Below the pieces are notes generated by a model, which was not told the origin of the DNA, made no database searches, and saw nothing but the letters and a program-made list of their open reading frames with translations. 64,000 nt of DNA, taken from Octopus bimaculoides. Taxonomy: Eukaryota. The stretch is from the NCBI RefSeq assembly GCF_001194135.2, contig NC_068981.1, positions 63,872,343 through 63,936,342 of the forward strand, read 5' to 3'. A program made the position numbers and the translations under genes. This document shows, piece after piece, positions 50,646 to 62,059 of the stretch (the stretch's first letter is position 1; each line of letters opens with the position of its first letter).

Positions 50646-52281
50646 CACACGCCCTATTTAAGCGTATAACTTCGTGCGTGCGCCTCTGTGTGTAATTGTG
50701 TGTTGTGTGCGCCCGCGCATGTGTGTGTGGTTGCCTCTAGTGCCAAATCGTCTGCGTCTAAACAGCTGCGCCTAGCTGTCTCATTTCTGTGAGTGGAAAC
50801 GCGGGTGTGTGGAAAAAAGGAATTAAGGTTTTCAACCAATTCCCCCATAAGGTCAGCCAGAGAAAACCGCTGTGAGAGGGCACTTGCCTTTTGTAGACGG
50901 TATACCTTAGACAAAATGCTTTACGATATTGCTTCTGGGCCTACAAGTTCTGAGTTGAATTCCCGGTGAGATTTTCTTTACCTTTCACCCCTCCGAGTTC
51001 GATAAGATAAAAATACAAGTCAAATACAAGGGCCAATATAATCTACCAAATCCACTAAGCCTGCCTTCAAATTGTTAAGCTTGGACCTAAATTAGAGACT
51101 ACAATGAAGAGTGAAAAATTAACAGGATCGTTAGATCGTAAAATAAAATGCATTTACAGTATTCATTTACTGCGCTTTAGTTTCTGAAACGTACCTTATG
51201 AATACATACACCAATATATATTCACTTAAACTATAAAAGGTAGACATAAATGCATAGAATACAATTATTTTCCTCCTTATCTTAAAATGTCCAAAGTTGT
51301 TTCAATTAAGCAAAAATATATATGTATATAAGCATTTGACGCGTTTACAAACTCTTCCCAGTATATATACCGAGTCTATTCTATCGGACAAAACAGAACA
51401 GGATGAGGCACATTGGATGGAGAATCGTTGAAGAGGTCACAGGATGTGTGACGAATGCTTTCAAGGCAAAGGACGTAACATAGGAAGAATAATAAATCTT
51501 AAGTAAAGAACGAATATATAGTGTGTGTGTTTACTTGGCAAAAGACAACAAACAAACAAAAAGATGAGCATCCGGAAATATATCTTTATATATATATATA
51601 GATAGCTAGATAGATAGATATACATATACATACCTATACATATGTGTATGTGTGTGTGTGTGTGTATTGATATATTTGTTCGTATGGATGTATGGTGAGG
51701 ATGCGTATGTATGACATTCTTCTCAAAACATTTGCATACCAACACTACATCCCCAAAACTCATCCATCCGACAACTTCAACCACTTACCGAACCCGCCGT
51801 ATCTCCGATTTTTACCGACGTAGCACTTCAACTGTAGCATCATATATTACAAGCCGCTCGTTTGATTCCGTATTCGCTCGGATGTGATGGGGCGGAGGTT
51901 ATTGTTTCTACTTTTCATCCATGTTTTTTTTTTTTCAACCAACGCATATTTTAGTAATAAATCTATAGATGAATAGTTTAATGGACTTACATATGTACAT
52001 CTACACTTAGCTGACAAGTAAATCAGATAAGATTATCACACATATCACAACTCTAATCACATGTGTTTATTTTATTCGCTTCTTTTATGTATTTCATTTT
52101 TGTTGCTTTTATTTCTGGAGGGCTTTCTCTTTTCTTTCTTCTCGTATTTACTTTTAAAATCCGTTCGTTTCATCAGAGTTTAGTTTTCATTGAGAAATAT
52201 GCTAACAACGTTTCTGTTCGGCAATATTATCGCCTTTCAGACGTCTAGCATTTTATTTTTGAAACACACACACACACACAC

Positions 52282-52320
<39 letters not shown>

Positions 52321-52589
52321 CAAACATACATACATGCGTACACATTGTATGTATTCTTTTATTCTCTTACTTGTTCAATTCATTTGATTACGGCCATGCT
52401 GAAGCTCTGCTTTATATATGTATTATATCAGTATCAATATATATATAAAGAGATAGCTTGTTGCCAAATTAATGTGGCAGTCACAGGAAATGAAACAATG
52501 CTACTGCTATTTAGCCCCAAGAAACACCATTTCTAGTTGGCTACCGACACAAGCGTTCTGTGTCTTTAAGTTTTCAAACAGGGGAGATA

Positions 52590-52687
52590 AGCACCTCCAC
52601 CCAACAAAGCCAGCATCCAGAGACTAGTTTCAGGGTAATTGCCCTTCATCAGCATGGAGTTGCTTGGCCTTGCTAGATGTCGCTGCT
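52590..52687 (-). ncRNA. Type-I hammerhead ribozyme, canonical core, long stem I
   Basis: CATCTAGCAAGGCCAAGCAACTCCATG-CTGATGA-AGGG-CAATTA-CCCT-GAAA-CTAG-TC|TCTGGATGCTGGCTTTGTTGGGTG. Core 52652-46, GAAA 52631-28, palindromic stem III ACTAGT, GUC cleavage between 52622 and 52621; stem I about 23 bp with bulges. Confidence 0.85.
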
Positions 52688-53439
52688 AAATCGTTGTTGA
52701 AAACTTATTGAATTTCAAGTGAAATAAATTCACTGATCTATAAAATTGGCCCACACTTTATTGTGCTGCTACTGCATAACTCCCTTTGAGAGATTTAGAA
52801 CTGCAATAATTCTAATTTTGTAGATTAGTGATATATATCGTAAACACAGAAATAAGTATACAAAAACATGTATGTATGCATGTATGTATCTATGTATATG
52901 TATGTATGCATATATATATATATATANNNNNNNNNNNNNNNNNNNNNNNNNNNNNNNNNNNNNNNNNNNNNNNNNNNNNNNNNNNNNNNNNNNNNNNNNN
53001 NNNNNNNNNNNNNNNNNNNNNNNNNNNNNNNNNNNNNNNNNNNNNNNNNNNNNNNNNNNNNNNNNNNNNNNNNNNNNNNNNNNNNNNNNNNNNNNNNNNN
53101 NNNNNNNNNNNNNNNNNNNNNNNNNNNNNNNNNNNNNNNNNNNNNNNNNNNNNNNNNNNNNNNNNNNNNNNNNNNNNNNNNNNNNNNNNNNNNNNNNNNN
53201 NNNNNNNNNNNNNNNNNNNNNNNNNNNNNNNNNNNNNNNNNNNNNNNNNNNNNNNNNNNNNNNNNNNNNNNNNNNNNNNNNNNNNNNNNNNNNNNNNNNN
53301 NNNNNNNNNNNNNNNNNNNNNNNNNNNNNNNNNNNNNNNNNNNNNNNNNNNNNNNNNNNNNNNNNNNNNNNNNNTATATATATATATATATAATTTATAT
53401 TATTATTTGATTGAACGCCACACATCCATTTCCAAGTAA

Positions 53440-53472
<33 letters not shown>

Positions 53473-53879
53473 GTATGTGTATACATATATATTCATTTAT
53501 ACATATATATATACATATATACATATATTTATATATATATATACATATATATATATATAAGGCGAGATATAGAGGGAAAGAAGGAGAGAAGGAGGGGGAG
53601 TAAGAGTGCAATGTGTATATCTAATATATCTAATTTAACGTGGATGTACTCTAATAACGTCATAATTCGCAGTATTCTTCTTGAGAAAGTATGTCGTAGT
53701 GCTAACAACTTGGAAATTTATCGGCAACAGACAAAAATCTGTGAACACCGTTGAAAGAACTCCTAAATTGCGTCATTTCTGTGTGTTCGCACGTTATCAT
53801 AAGCAGGTATCCGATATCACCACATACTAAATAAACTTCCCTCTGCTGGTCATCAGTCACTGACGTTTCACATAGCCAG

Positions 53880-53943
53880 TGGGCTGATGGATCGATGAGC
53901 TGATGGGCTGAAGAGCCGATGGGCTGATGTCCTGATGGGCTTT
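53880..53943. repeat. Degenerate 8-bp minisatellite, 8 units (TGGGCTGA)
   Basis: TGGGCTGA TGGATCGA TGAGCTGA TGGGCTGA AGAGCCGA TGGGCTGA TGTCCTGA TGGGCTTT. Confidence 0.85.
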
Positions 53944-54257
53944 TAAAGCACTACGCGCATATACGAGTTTTCTCAAGCCAAATACCATAATACTATGGTA
54001 TTCTTACAGTACAACCACGTTAAGTAGGATATACAGTTGTCTGTTCGGCACTAATAGTTCTTCCGTCACTAATAAGTAATACACGCACACACGTACATAT
54101 ACATGCACATACAGACATATACATATGCTCATAAAAACAATATATATTGTGTACAATGTATATTTTGTATATGAAAAACTCCAAGATATCTGAGGCACAT
54201 TCTGCTTATAATTTTATCATCTTATTCTATATATCATCATCGTCGTCGTTGTCGTCG

Positions 54258-54294
<37 letters not shown>

Positions 54295-54799
54295 TCAATC
54301 ATCATCATCCATCAATCATCATCATCCATCAATCATCATCATCCATCAATCATCATCGTCATCGTCGTCATCGTCGTTGTCATCATCATCTATCAATCAT
54401 CATCATTGTCGCCATCATTACCATCATTATCAACTTCGTCATCATCAGCTTTTGTAGCTTCCATGAGCTCAGTCAGTTTTATGCTAGATCAACGCACTAC
54501 CGATAGAGACAATAGCTCTGTTTTCATTAATTGTTTGATTTGCTGTACGAATAATTGCTTTTAACGCTTTAAATCCGTAAGTACTATTTAACGAACATGA
54601 TTTCATTTGATTATTCTCTTGGACGACGAAAAAGCGGTCGGTCATATGACTTCATGTTTAAGGCAGAAAATAAAGATGATTCTACGAATTTGCCATCTAC
54701 AACCACAAAACCAAGTTTCCCCTTTACACACACATTTGCACCTTTCAGGAGTAAAGCAAAACGAAATCTCTTTCGCGAAAGCGTAGTCGGGGATTCAAG

Positions 54800-54990
54800 G
54801 ATTAACAGAGACAAAAGGCCTATTTTCGGAGAGATATATAGTCGATTACGTAGACCCCAGTACATCATTTATCGACACTATAAAGATGAAAACGAACAAA
54901 GTTGACCGGCGATATTTGAACTCAAATAGTAAAGGGGCATAACTAAACACCGTTGTAAAATATTTGGCTGAACATTCAACTGATGTCTGC
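54800..54990 (-). mobile_element. SINE type C2, degenerate
   Basis: Reverse complement shows GAGTTCAAATATCGCCGGTCAAC..TTTCATCTTTATAGTGTCGATAAATGATGTACTGGGGTC..AATCGAC. Confidence 0.65.
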
Positions 54991-55886
54991 AAATCCGTCG
55001 CCATGTGAACAATTAATACAGAGTCAATGATTCACAGATGTACAGAAGGATAAATGAGATTGCGTGACGATTAATGAGATGAGGAAAATTCAAATGACTG
55101 TAACCAGGGACCAAAACCGGTTGGCTGCCTAAGATTTCTATAAGCTTATACATACGCGTTAGCATTTAGCAAAATACTAAATCGCAACACGTGGTTTTAA
55201 GTCTTTTCTTTGAAGTTGTAACTGTGAAACTCTGGCAAGAATTCTAAGAAGAATCTTGCTTTAAGATAGAATTCTCATTGAAGATCACTACAGTGTGATA
55301 GTCATCACAGGCACCTTTCACGGCCCCTATACGCACATATTTTGTTCATCCTTTGAATTTGCTGACGTAGAGATTAAGCACACGAGGATAAAGGTCAAAT
55401 CGAAAGTTGAAGGCTTCAATCAGACTTAAGTCACGCCAACAACATGAAACCATCTGTTTGAACAAGATGTGTGAGACATGAAAGTCATCGCTGCCGTTAG
55501 AGGAAGAGGAAGAGAAAATGACAGAGACAGAGACAGAAAGAGAAAGTGAGAGAGAGCGCGATCTACGAGACACGCTGTGAAATTGTAACTGACACATTAA
55601 AATATTTCTTTTTACAATAAATAAGGAACAACAAATAAAGCAACAAACCAACAAGGTAGCTTCAACGTGGTAGTTCGACTTGCTAAAAATAGCTGGCAAC
55701 ATTCTCTCAGTTCACTCTGTCCTTAAATAAAAAGTTTGGAAAAAACAATTCCTCAAAAAATGCCTGAAGGAAAGAAAAAGACAGGATGGGTAAGATTGGA
55801 ATGTTTCTGATCATAGATCGGCTTAGTCAGGCTTTGAGTGTAAACAGAGAAGTACATAACATTCTGTATTACTTAATCAAACCGAA

Positions 55887-56764
55887 GCGATGAGCTGGCG
55901 GAATCGTTATCGCACCGGACGAAATGCTTAGCGGCATTTCGTGCGTCTTTATTTTCTGAGTTCAAATTCTGTTGAGGTCAACTTTGCCTCTCACCCTTTT
56001 GGGGTCGATAAAATAAGTTCTAGTTAGTTACTGGGGTCGATTATTAATCGGTTAATTGATTTAACTCCTCTCTTGCACTTGCTGATCTTGCGCCAAAATT
56101 TGGAACCATTAATTAATCAAACCAAGAAGGCATCGAAATGATAGAGTTATTGGATTGCTGGTTAAAATGCATAGCAGTATTTCTCTCTGCGTTCTGAGTT
56201 TAAATCTTGTCGATGTTAACTCTGTCTTTTCATCATTTCGCGCTCGATAAAATATATCCCAGAGACTCATTTAGTCTCTACTCCTCGAAAACTCCTAGCC
56301 TTGTGTGCCAATATCTGAAACATTTAGGTGGTAAGCTAGCAGAATTAGCTGGCTAGAGCACAGGACAAGATGCTTTGCAATATTTCTTCCCATTCTATAC
56401 GTCCGGAGTTCAAAGTCTGTCGCGGTCGACATTATCGTCTATCTTTTCGGAATCGATAAAATAAAGTACTAGTAAAGCATTTGTCGATGTAATCGACAAC
56501 CCCTTCTTATAAAATTCCTGGTCTTGTACCAAAATTTGAAACATTAAAGAGGCGAGATGGCAGAGTTGTTAGAGCGCCGGAAATAATGATTTGCAATATT
56601 TTTTCTGCTTCATTACGTTCATAGTTCAAACTCCGACAATGTTGACTTTGTCTTTCGTTATTTTGGGGTCAATAAAAAAGGTATCAGTTGAGCGCCGAGT
56701 TCGATAGAATCAACTTATCATTCCCCACTAAAAAATTTCAGGGCCAAAATTTGAAGCCAGTATT
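55887..56764 (+). mobile_element. Array of four head-to-tail, mutually diverged SINE C2 copies
   Basis: Units at about 55887-56110, 56125-56325, 56328-56546 and 56547-56764, each with GAGTT(C/T)AAA, CGATAAAA and CCAA(A)AT(T/C)TG(G/A)AAC motifs. Confidence 0.8.
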
Positions 56765-56889
56765 GATTTAGACCAGATCTTCCGTGTGACGATAACCGAG
56801 TTTCATGATTCGTTGCTTTGCCACTGTAGTAAACTGGGGGACACACACAAACAGACGCGGGTGCGCACGCACACACACATACATATATA

Positions 56890-57447
56890 CAGGCTGGGGC
56901 AGAGAGGACAGACGTTTTTGAAAAATTCACAAAATCATCAATTTTAGCTGCAAACAAATTTTATTGACATCAATGTGTTCGTATTGAATTAACATTTGTC
57001 AGCATCAAGTGTGGGAAACAACATCCATCATATGGTGTCCGTTTTCATTGATGCATGTCTGGACGCTTGTCTGACGCGTTCCACATTTCCCGGGGTCCGT
57101 ACCGTTTGTGGGGTCCCCACTGGTCTCCTATTCATTTGTGTACCTAGTGTACGAAGAGCTTTCACCCAACGTAAGATTGTGTTACGAGTGGGAACAGCCT
57201 GATTTCGGTGAATGTTGAAGTGGCACCGAAACTCATGCTGAATCACTGTGACAGAATCGTTATTCTTCACGTAACTGTCATAGGCAAACACGCGATGCTC
57301 TATCGTCCACATCGGCATGGCTTCACCTGGAAAGAAAAAAAATGCTAAAACACCACGGACAGAATGGTACCTGTCGGACATAGGTCCCTTCCTCTGAGGC
57401 TGAGTAATTGTCATTTCAAAGATGTCCGTCCTCTCTGCTCCACCCTA
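56890..57447 (-). mobile_element. Tc1/mariner (DD41D/rosa-like) deletion derivative with both TIRs
   Basis: TIRs TA-CAGGCTGGGGCAGAGAGGACAGACGTTTTTGAAA and TA-TAGGGTGGAGCAGAGAGGACGGACATCTTTGAAA (minus). N-terminal MWTIEHRVFAYDSYVKNNDSVTVIQHEFRCHFNIHRNQAVPTRNTILRWVKALRTLG..VRTPGNVERVRQA is joined out of frame to the C-terminal CINENGHHMDDVV. Confidence 0.88.
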
Positions 57448-57455
57448 TACATACA

Positions 57456-57613
57456 TACGTATAGAAATCTAAATTACGCACAAATGAAAATAATACTGAC
57501 ATCTCATTTTGACAGATATATTTACCAAAATTACATACTGTGTAGTCGACAAAATCAAAAACAAACAATGTGCATGCGCGAAATAAAAAGAATAAAATGG
57601 CGATAATTTAACT
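57456..57613 (-). mobile_element. MITE derived from the maT family at 41187-42477
   Basis: Minus strand TAAATTATCGCCATTTTATTCTTTTTATTTCGCGCATGCACATT..TTTTGTCGACTACACAGTAT matches the maT 5' end and is fused to GTAATTTTGGTAAATATATCTG..TTTTCATTTGTGCG matching the maT 3' end; one end is lost in the N gap. Confidence 0.82.
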
Positions 57614-58204
57614 ANNNNNNNNNNNNNNNNNNNNNNNNNNNNNNNNNNNNNNNNNNNNNNNNNNNNNNNNNNNNNNNNNNNNNNNNNNNNNNNNNNNNNN
57701 NNNNNNNNNNNNNNNNNNNNNNNNNNNNNNNNNNNNNNNNNNNNNNNNNNNNNNNNNNNNNNNNNNNNNNNNNNNNNNNNNNNNNNNNNNNNNNNNNNNN
57801 NNNNNNNNNNNNNNNNNNNNNNNNNNNNNNNNNNNNNNNNNNNNNNNNNNNNNNNNNNNNNNNNNNNNNNNNNNNNNNNNNNNNNNNNNNNNNNNNNNNN
57901 NNNNNNNNNNNNNNNNNNNNNNNNNNNNNNNNNNNNNNNNNNNNNNNNNNNNNNNNNNNNNNNNNNNNNNNNNNNNNNNNNNNNNNNNNNNNNNNNNNNN
58001 NNNNNNNNNNNCCCCCCCGATGGTGGAGTAGGCTAGCCCAATACGTAGATATAGAGGGAGAAGTCTAGACGTCGGAGTAGTTGAGAAGAGGTCATCCGAA
58101 CGTGCGATATAACATTGGCGACGAGGATTTCATAGCTCACACAGCCACTGTGTAGTATTGTGATATAACAAGAAGGAACCAACAACAAAGAAGAGCTATT
58201 AGGA

Positions 58205-58500
58205 TAAAATTGAAAATGAAGTAAAATGAAATACATTTTCGTCATCTAATACTCTTTTATTTCCGCAAAGCTAAAAACGCTGTACAAACAGCAAAGAAGA
58301 TATGTGCTGTTTATGGAGATGGTGTCTTAGCTGAAAGTACTGTTTGTATGTAGTTCACTAGGAGTAGAAGCGAAAATTTTGTCCTGGAAGATCGTCAACG
58401 TTCTGGTAGGCCTACAGTTGTTGATAATGAACAAATCGAGACTTTAATAAAAAAATAACCCATCTCACACAACGCAAGACATCACGGAGATTTCTCTATG
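58205..58500 (+). mobile_element. Mariner transposase 5' fragment
   Basis: (I)HFRHLILFYFRKAKNAVQTAKKICAVYGDGVLAESTVCM*FTRSRSENFVLEDRQRSGRPTVVDNEQIETLIK (mariner HTH1 plus RSGRP motif). Confidence 0.85.
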
Positions 58501-58514
58501 TACCTCCGCTGTCT

Positions 58515-59592
58515 GCTGCTAGCAGAACATGACCCTTTCTTTCGAAGTGTGAGACTTTAAATGGCTTTTGAGCCTTGAAAGGCGTTTGAAGAACTGACCA
58601 CAGATACTGCAATAACGTCTCATTTCAGCATTTGCTCCGCTTATCGTTTGTTTATTACGAATGTTCAAGTACCGCTTCAATCCTTCGGCAGGTTTTCTGA
58701 AATTCATGTCATTGAAACCGGTTATTTAGTATGCAATTCCAATAGTTCATGTGTGCCCTAATTGCATGAGCGCGGTGGTGCGAATTCATACCAGCATGAA
58801 TTACACATAATTTTGTGCTTAAGAACCATTTTTTTAGAAAATGAGAAACGCACGCAAAGTTATTGATATTAATTTCATTTTTATGTACTCTGATTTCCTT
58901 TCAGCTTGCTTAACTTTGTCAAGCTCAAAGTATTTAACACTGTTCCAAATCGTAGCTCCCCTCGCATCCCTATCTGCCACAATTGATTCAAAACTTTTGA
59001 AACATATTTCGTATGTGTATTTCGTGTACAAGAATCTTGATGTGGATACGTGTGTTGAAAAAAATACAATTAAACCTTGGGAGAGGAATTATACCGGTAA
59101 TAAACACACGCACTGGTTCAGTCCTTTATTAATTTATATAGTTTTTTGTTAAATTATTTCATTGCACTCTTGGATTCAAAATAAATGGAAGTGGAGAGAC
59201 ATGTTACTGAAGAGATTGCAAGAGTGCAATGAAATAATTTAACAAAAAAACTATATAAATTAATAAAGGACTGAACCAGTGCGTGTGTTTATTACCGGCA
59301 TAATGCCTCTCCCAAGATTTTGTAACATAATTCAAGACATTTCAAATTTGATATTAAACAGTCCTTGTGTCATTTTTTTCTTTGGCTTACTATTTTTTTC
59401 CCTTTCAAGCATAAGTTCACCATAAACAATTTGCATGAGGATGCGCTCATCGTCCATATGGATGAGATGGTCTTAGATTGATGTGATACTATCTTCGATA
59501 AGAACCAAATTGTCAGGAATGTGAGAGGACCAGCTTATTTTGAGTATGTGGCGGAAGCATTTTTGGTGGAATCTTTCCAACACTTTAACATA
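58515..59592 (-). mobile_element. RTE-clade LINE 3' relic including C-terminal C2H2 finger, interrupted by insertions
   Basis: VKVLERFHQKCFRHILKISWSSHIPDNLVL..DHLIHMDDERILMQIVYGEL..KPKKK*HKDCLISNLK (59590-59330), SFESIVADRDARGATIWNSVKYFE..KQAERK (58995-58890), CSICGQFFKRLSRLKSHLKSH (58611-58549). These match the RTE motifs ERFHQ.CLR.IL.I.W, GHV.RM.D.R.PKQ..YGEL, WE..A.DR..W. Confidence 0.85.
59011..59317. mobile_element. Foldback insert with ~16-bp TSD
   Basis: Arms 59076-59172 / 59219-59316 (2 substitutions, 1 indel), 46-nt loop, about 60 bp extra on the left. Flanking direct repeats TTTTGAAACATATTTC (58995-59010) / TTTTGTAACATAATTC (59318-59333). Confidence 0.85.
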
Positions 59593-59849
59593 ATACGGGC
59601 GTATGTGTGCGCGCGTGTGTGTGCATGCGCACGTATATGTGTGCGTCTGTATGCATGTCTATGTGTATGCATGTAGTACTTATATGTCTGTGGGCGTGTG
59701 TGTATGTATGTGTGTGCGTATGTATGCGAACCAGTGCCACCTCCAGACGACACTCAGTGTAGCAAGAGACTGACTTGACCACAGTAAATACAGAAAGAAA
59801 GAGAGAAAGAAAGAATAATAGACAAATGGACAGACGGATATATAGATAT

Positions 59850-59990
<141 letters not shown>

Positions 59991-60332
59991 CAATGTGTAG
60001 CGTTGTACAATATCAAATTTCTCTGAACAGTATCGACGTCTTTATCTGAAATAACTTAAGAAACATCTTCTCGGCCTTTCCTTCTATTGTTTCTTCTACG
60101 CTCTCGGAGGTCATTAATTTTGGCTTTCCCCTCATTTACTACATCTGTAGAATAACCACTGAAGTGTCGGATGCATTCTGAAGACCTTTGCGTCTACGTC
60201 TCATCTGATCTCTCACAGGTCATAAATATTCTTATAACTGGTCTACAATATAGTCTTATGTTTTGCTTGGCACACACACATGCACGAGCATAGACACAAA
60301 CGTGCACACATACACAAGCATACGCATTTATC

Positions 60333-60366
<34 letters not shown>

Positions 60367-60517
60367 NNNNNNNNNNNNNNNNNNNNNNNNNNNNNNNNNN
60401 NNNNNNNNNNNNNNNNNNNNNNNNNNNNNNNNNNNNNNNNNNNNNNNNNNNNNNNNNNNNNNNNNNNNNNNNNNNNNNNNNNNNNNNNNNNNNNNNNNNN
60501 NNNNNNNNNNNNNNNNN

Positions 60518-60564
<47 letters not shown>

Positions 60565-60922
60565 GTGTGTGTGTATGTATTTAATTTGTATATATACATA
60601 TATATGTGGGTGTACGTACATATATACAAAAGCACATACATACATGCATATACGTGTACATAAATATATGTATATATATATAGATATATATATGTCTGTT
60701 TAAGTATATATACGTACACACACACAAACACACACATACACATATATGTAAATATATGCATACATGTATACGTATATATGTTCATGTATATACATATAAA
60801 TATGAATATTCATACATACATACATACATGCATATGTATTGATATGTGTGTAGGTATGTATATACATGTATATGTATATACATATATATATATATATACA
60901 CACACACACATATATATGCATG

Positions 60923-60956
<34 letters not shown>

Positions 60957-61201
60957 TTTACATATGTTGGTCATGTCAAAGCCAAATAGCTTAATCATTT
61001 TGCAATTCTATATTTTATATATCGTTCTATGTTACATCTTGTATCTCATTTGATTTCATACAAAGTCCTTATTTTTGCGTTTTATTCTGATTGATAAAGA
61101 TGTTAAGAAGACAGCGAAAAACCTCGCAAACGCGCGAACGTTCACCTACGTATATATATGTATATATGTTTGTTGTAAGTGTGTGTATGTGTATGTCTCT
61201 T

Positions 61202-61249
<48 letters not shown>

Positions 61250-61957
61250 CACACACATACATGTGTATGCGCACGCGTTTGTCTGTGTGGGTATACATAT
61301 TACACGAGCTAAAATAGACATAATCGCACGTGCGCACAAATATACATACACACAGTTATTACTTTTCTCTCAGGTTTTTCTTAATCTATCTTCATCCATC
61401 GATGTATGTACGTATGCATGAATGATTCTATGTATGAATATATGTAGGTATATATGTATGTATGCTTCAATATATATACATCAATGTATGTTTGTATGTA
61501 TGTATGTATGTATGTATGTATGTATGTATGTATGTGAGCATGCATGTATGTATATATATATGCATGAATGAATGATGGCATATATATGTACATATTAATA
61601 CATGAATGTATTATCATACGTATATGTAAGATGTTGTCAGGCTATTTGTCTCTGTTTATCAGCCTATCTATTTGTCATTTGCATCTTTAAATGCACTCGC
61701 GCTTATGTATTCACATACATAAGCACACATGCACATAAATACACACACAAACATCCCCCTATACACACATACACACAAATACTCAAACAAACACGTACAC
61801 GCATGAACCCACCATGCATATTCAGAACACATCAATGCATTTGAATGTCCAAACGAGCGCAAAGCTTACTTAACAGTGTTATATATGTACGCATTTATTG
61901 CAAAACGAATAAACACTGCAGTATTTACATTCAAAAGCGAAAATGTATTAACGCATT

Positions 61958-62005
<48 letters not shown>

Positions 62006-62020
62006 CGCACNNNNNNNNNN

Positions 62021-62059
<39 letters not shown>

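Noticed and set aside
50665-50676. loxP-like ATAACTTCGT
   Set aside because: 10-bp chance match with no second arm.
53835-53875. Type-II hammerhead (GAAACGTC..CTGATGA on minus)
   Set aside because: No room for stem I, and stem II is out of register.
58519-58707. Host C2H2 zinc-finger gene
   Set aside because: Single finger, no TGEKP-linked array, collinear with RTE ORF motifs; better explained as the LINE C-terminus.
58690-58730. CTGAAAT..GAAACCGGTT hammerhead remnant within the second RTE interruption
   Set aside because: Core and stem II too eroded to support.
60060-60270. Possible further LINE RT fragment on the minus strand
   Set aside because: Only faint KT..RPV-like similarity across frameshifts; too weak to call.
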